DNA of 64,000 nucleotides from Balanoglossus misakiensis. Lineage: Eukaryota; Animalia; Hemichordata. The notes beneath the pieces are model-generated. The model was not told where the DNA came from. It made no database searches and saw nothing but the letters and a program-made list of their open reading frames with translations. The stretch covers positions 3,028,783 to 3,092,782 of the forward strand of contig CM082580.2 of the NCBI GenBank assembly GCA_040954595.2. Reading direction: 5' to 3'. The position numbers and the translations under genes are program-made. This document shows, piece after piece, positions 63,001 to 64,000 of this stretch (its first letter is position 1; each line of letters starts with the position of its first letter).

Positions 63001-63796
63001 ACTTTGTTTCAATTTCAGACCATCTTTCTCCATACCATCTATCAGCTCAGCCGGATTAACAGATGGACCAGCCACATCATAAGTTGTTGATTTGTTATAA
63101 AGTGGACACTGAGAAATAAAATGCAGGGACATTTGTAAACTATAATGTATTTAAATGCAGCTCACACTACATGCCATCAAAATACAATCAAACCTGTATG
63201 TAGTGGCCAGTCAAGGGACTATCCTAAACTGGTCTGTATAGACAGGTGGCCTTTATAGACAGGTCAATTAATGTACATGTAATTGCACATGGACTGTAAC
63301 AAAGTGGCCACCATAATTTATATAGAGGTGGCTGCTATATAGAGGTGGCCACTAAGACAGGTTTGACTGTATAAGGAATTTCCTAGAGTTTCCAAGAGTA
63401 TTGAGGTCAAAATGCTGTTTTTTAATTTTTTTGGAACATTTATGTATTAATTCTGTAAGACTGGGCTTGAAGCCAAAATACTGTTTGCGAAACATTGGTA
63501 CTCCTATATACTCTCTGAGTATTGCAGCAATTATCCCATGATCACTTACCTCTTTATCTGTATTGATATGTCCCCATTTATGGCACTTGATACACCTGAC
63601 ATTACGCACAGCAATACCAAAGGGCTGATCGCGAATATCCATCTCCTTTGCATACGCCTGTCTGGGAGCTCCTCTCTGCCATTCAAACTTGTAGTCAGGT
63701 TCACCATCTTCCTTCACTTTCTCTTTTTTCACACCCTTGGGTGGCTCATACATAAATGTCAACCCATGCACAACTTTCTTATCTCCCATCAGCACT
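60061..63796 (-). CDS. CIR1: Corepressor interacting with RBPJ 1, 3' part; the 5' exons lie beyond the window
   Basis: Exons 63796-63550, 63108-62962, 61259-61174, 60856-60061. Motifs [51 protein letters not shown] and [22 protein letters not shown], followed by a K/R/S/D-rich tail. Confidence 0.93.
61496..62698. mobile_element. GC-rich 1.2-kb non-autonomous piggyBac-like insertion in a CIR1 intron
   Basis: TTAA-CCCTCTTGCTACCG ... CGACAGCGTTAGGG-TTAA with an abrupt GC/CpG rise inside and a 43-bp tandem duplication at 62005-62090. Confidence 0.75.
63183..63371. mobile_element. Tc1/mariner-type MITE, same family as 5517-5682
   Basis: TA-CAATCAAACCTGT...ACAGGTTTGACTG-TA with shared internal sequence such as ATAGACAGGTCAATTAATG. 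Confidence 0.8.
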
Positions 63797-64000
63797 CTAC
63801 GAAAAAATAATTCAATTGACAACTTGACATCAATGTATGCGAAAATGATTGTACTATATACGGTACATTGTACTTTTATATACCAGTTTTGACCAAAACA
63901 ATGGATGATGCAATTGTATATTGACCCTGGCTGAGATACACATTGTACTTAATTTAGATAAAGTGTTAGCCAAATCACAGGTCTTGTTATGGTTCCCATT

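Overview
AT-rich, intron-containing animal (probably invertebrate) genomic DNA with a compact block of seven housekeeping genes. The order is SF3B1(-), COQ10(+), HSPD1(-), HSPE1(+), citrate synthase CS(-), secernin SCRN3-like(+) and the 3' part of CIR1(-), with three head-to-head pairs. I built the exon chains by hand from GT-AG junctions and they give full-length reading frames. Introns carry many non-autonomous DNA transposons (Tc1/mariner-, Kolobok-, PIF/Harbinger- and piggyBac-type ends). The most notable non-coding signals are: (1) a four-copy box C/D snoRNA family with one invariant guide, three copies in HSPD1 introns and one copied into a CS intron; (2) a candidate poison exon plus a multi-branch RNA structure in SF3B1 intron 4; (3) an apparently perfect 191-bp-arm inverted repeat in HSPD1 intron 1; (4) an in-frame upstream exon that would give secernin a mitochondrial-type presequence. 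The gene order joins human microsyntenies from 2q33, 12q13 and 2q31. Comparisons with human genes are from memory and no searches were run.
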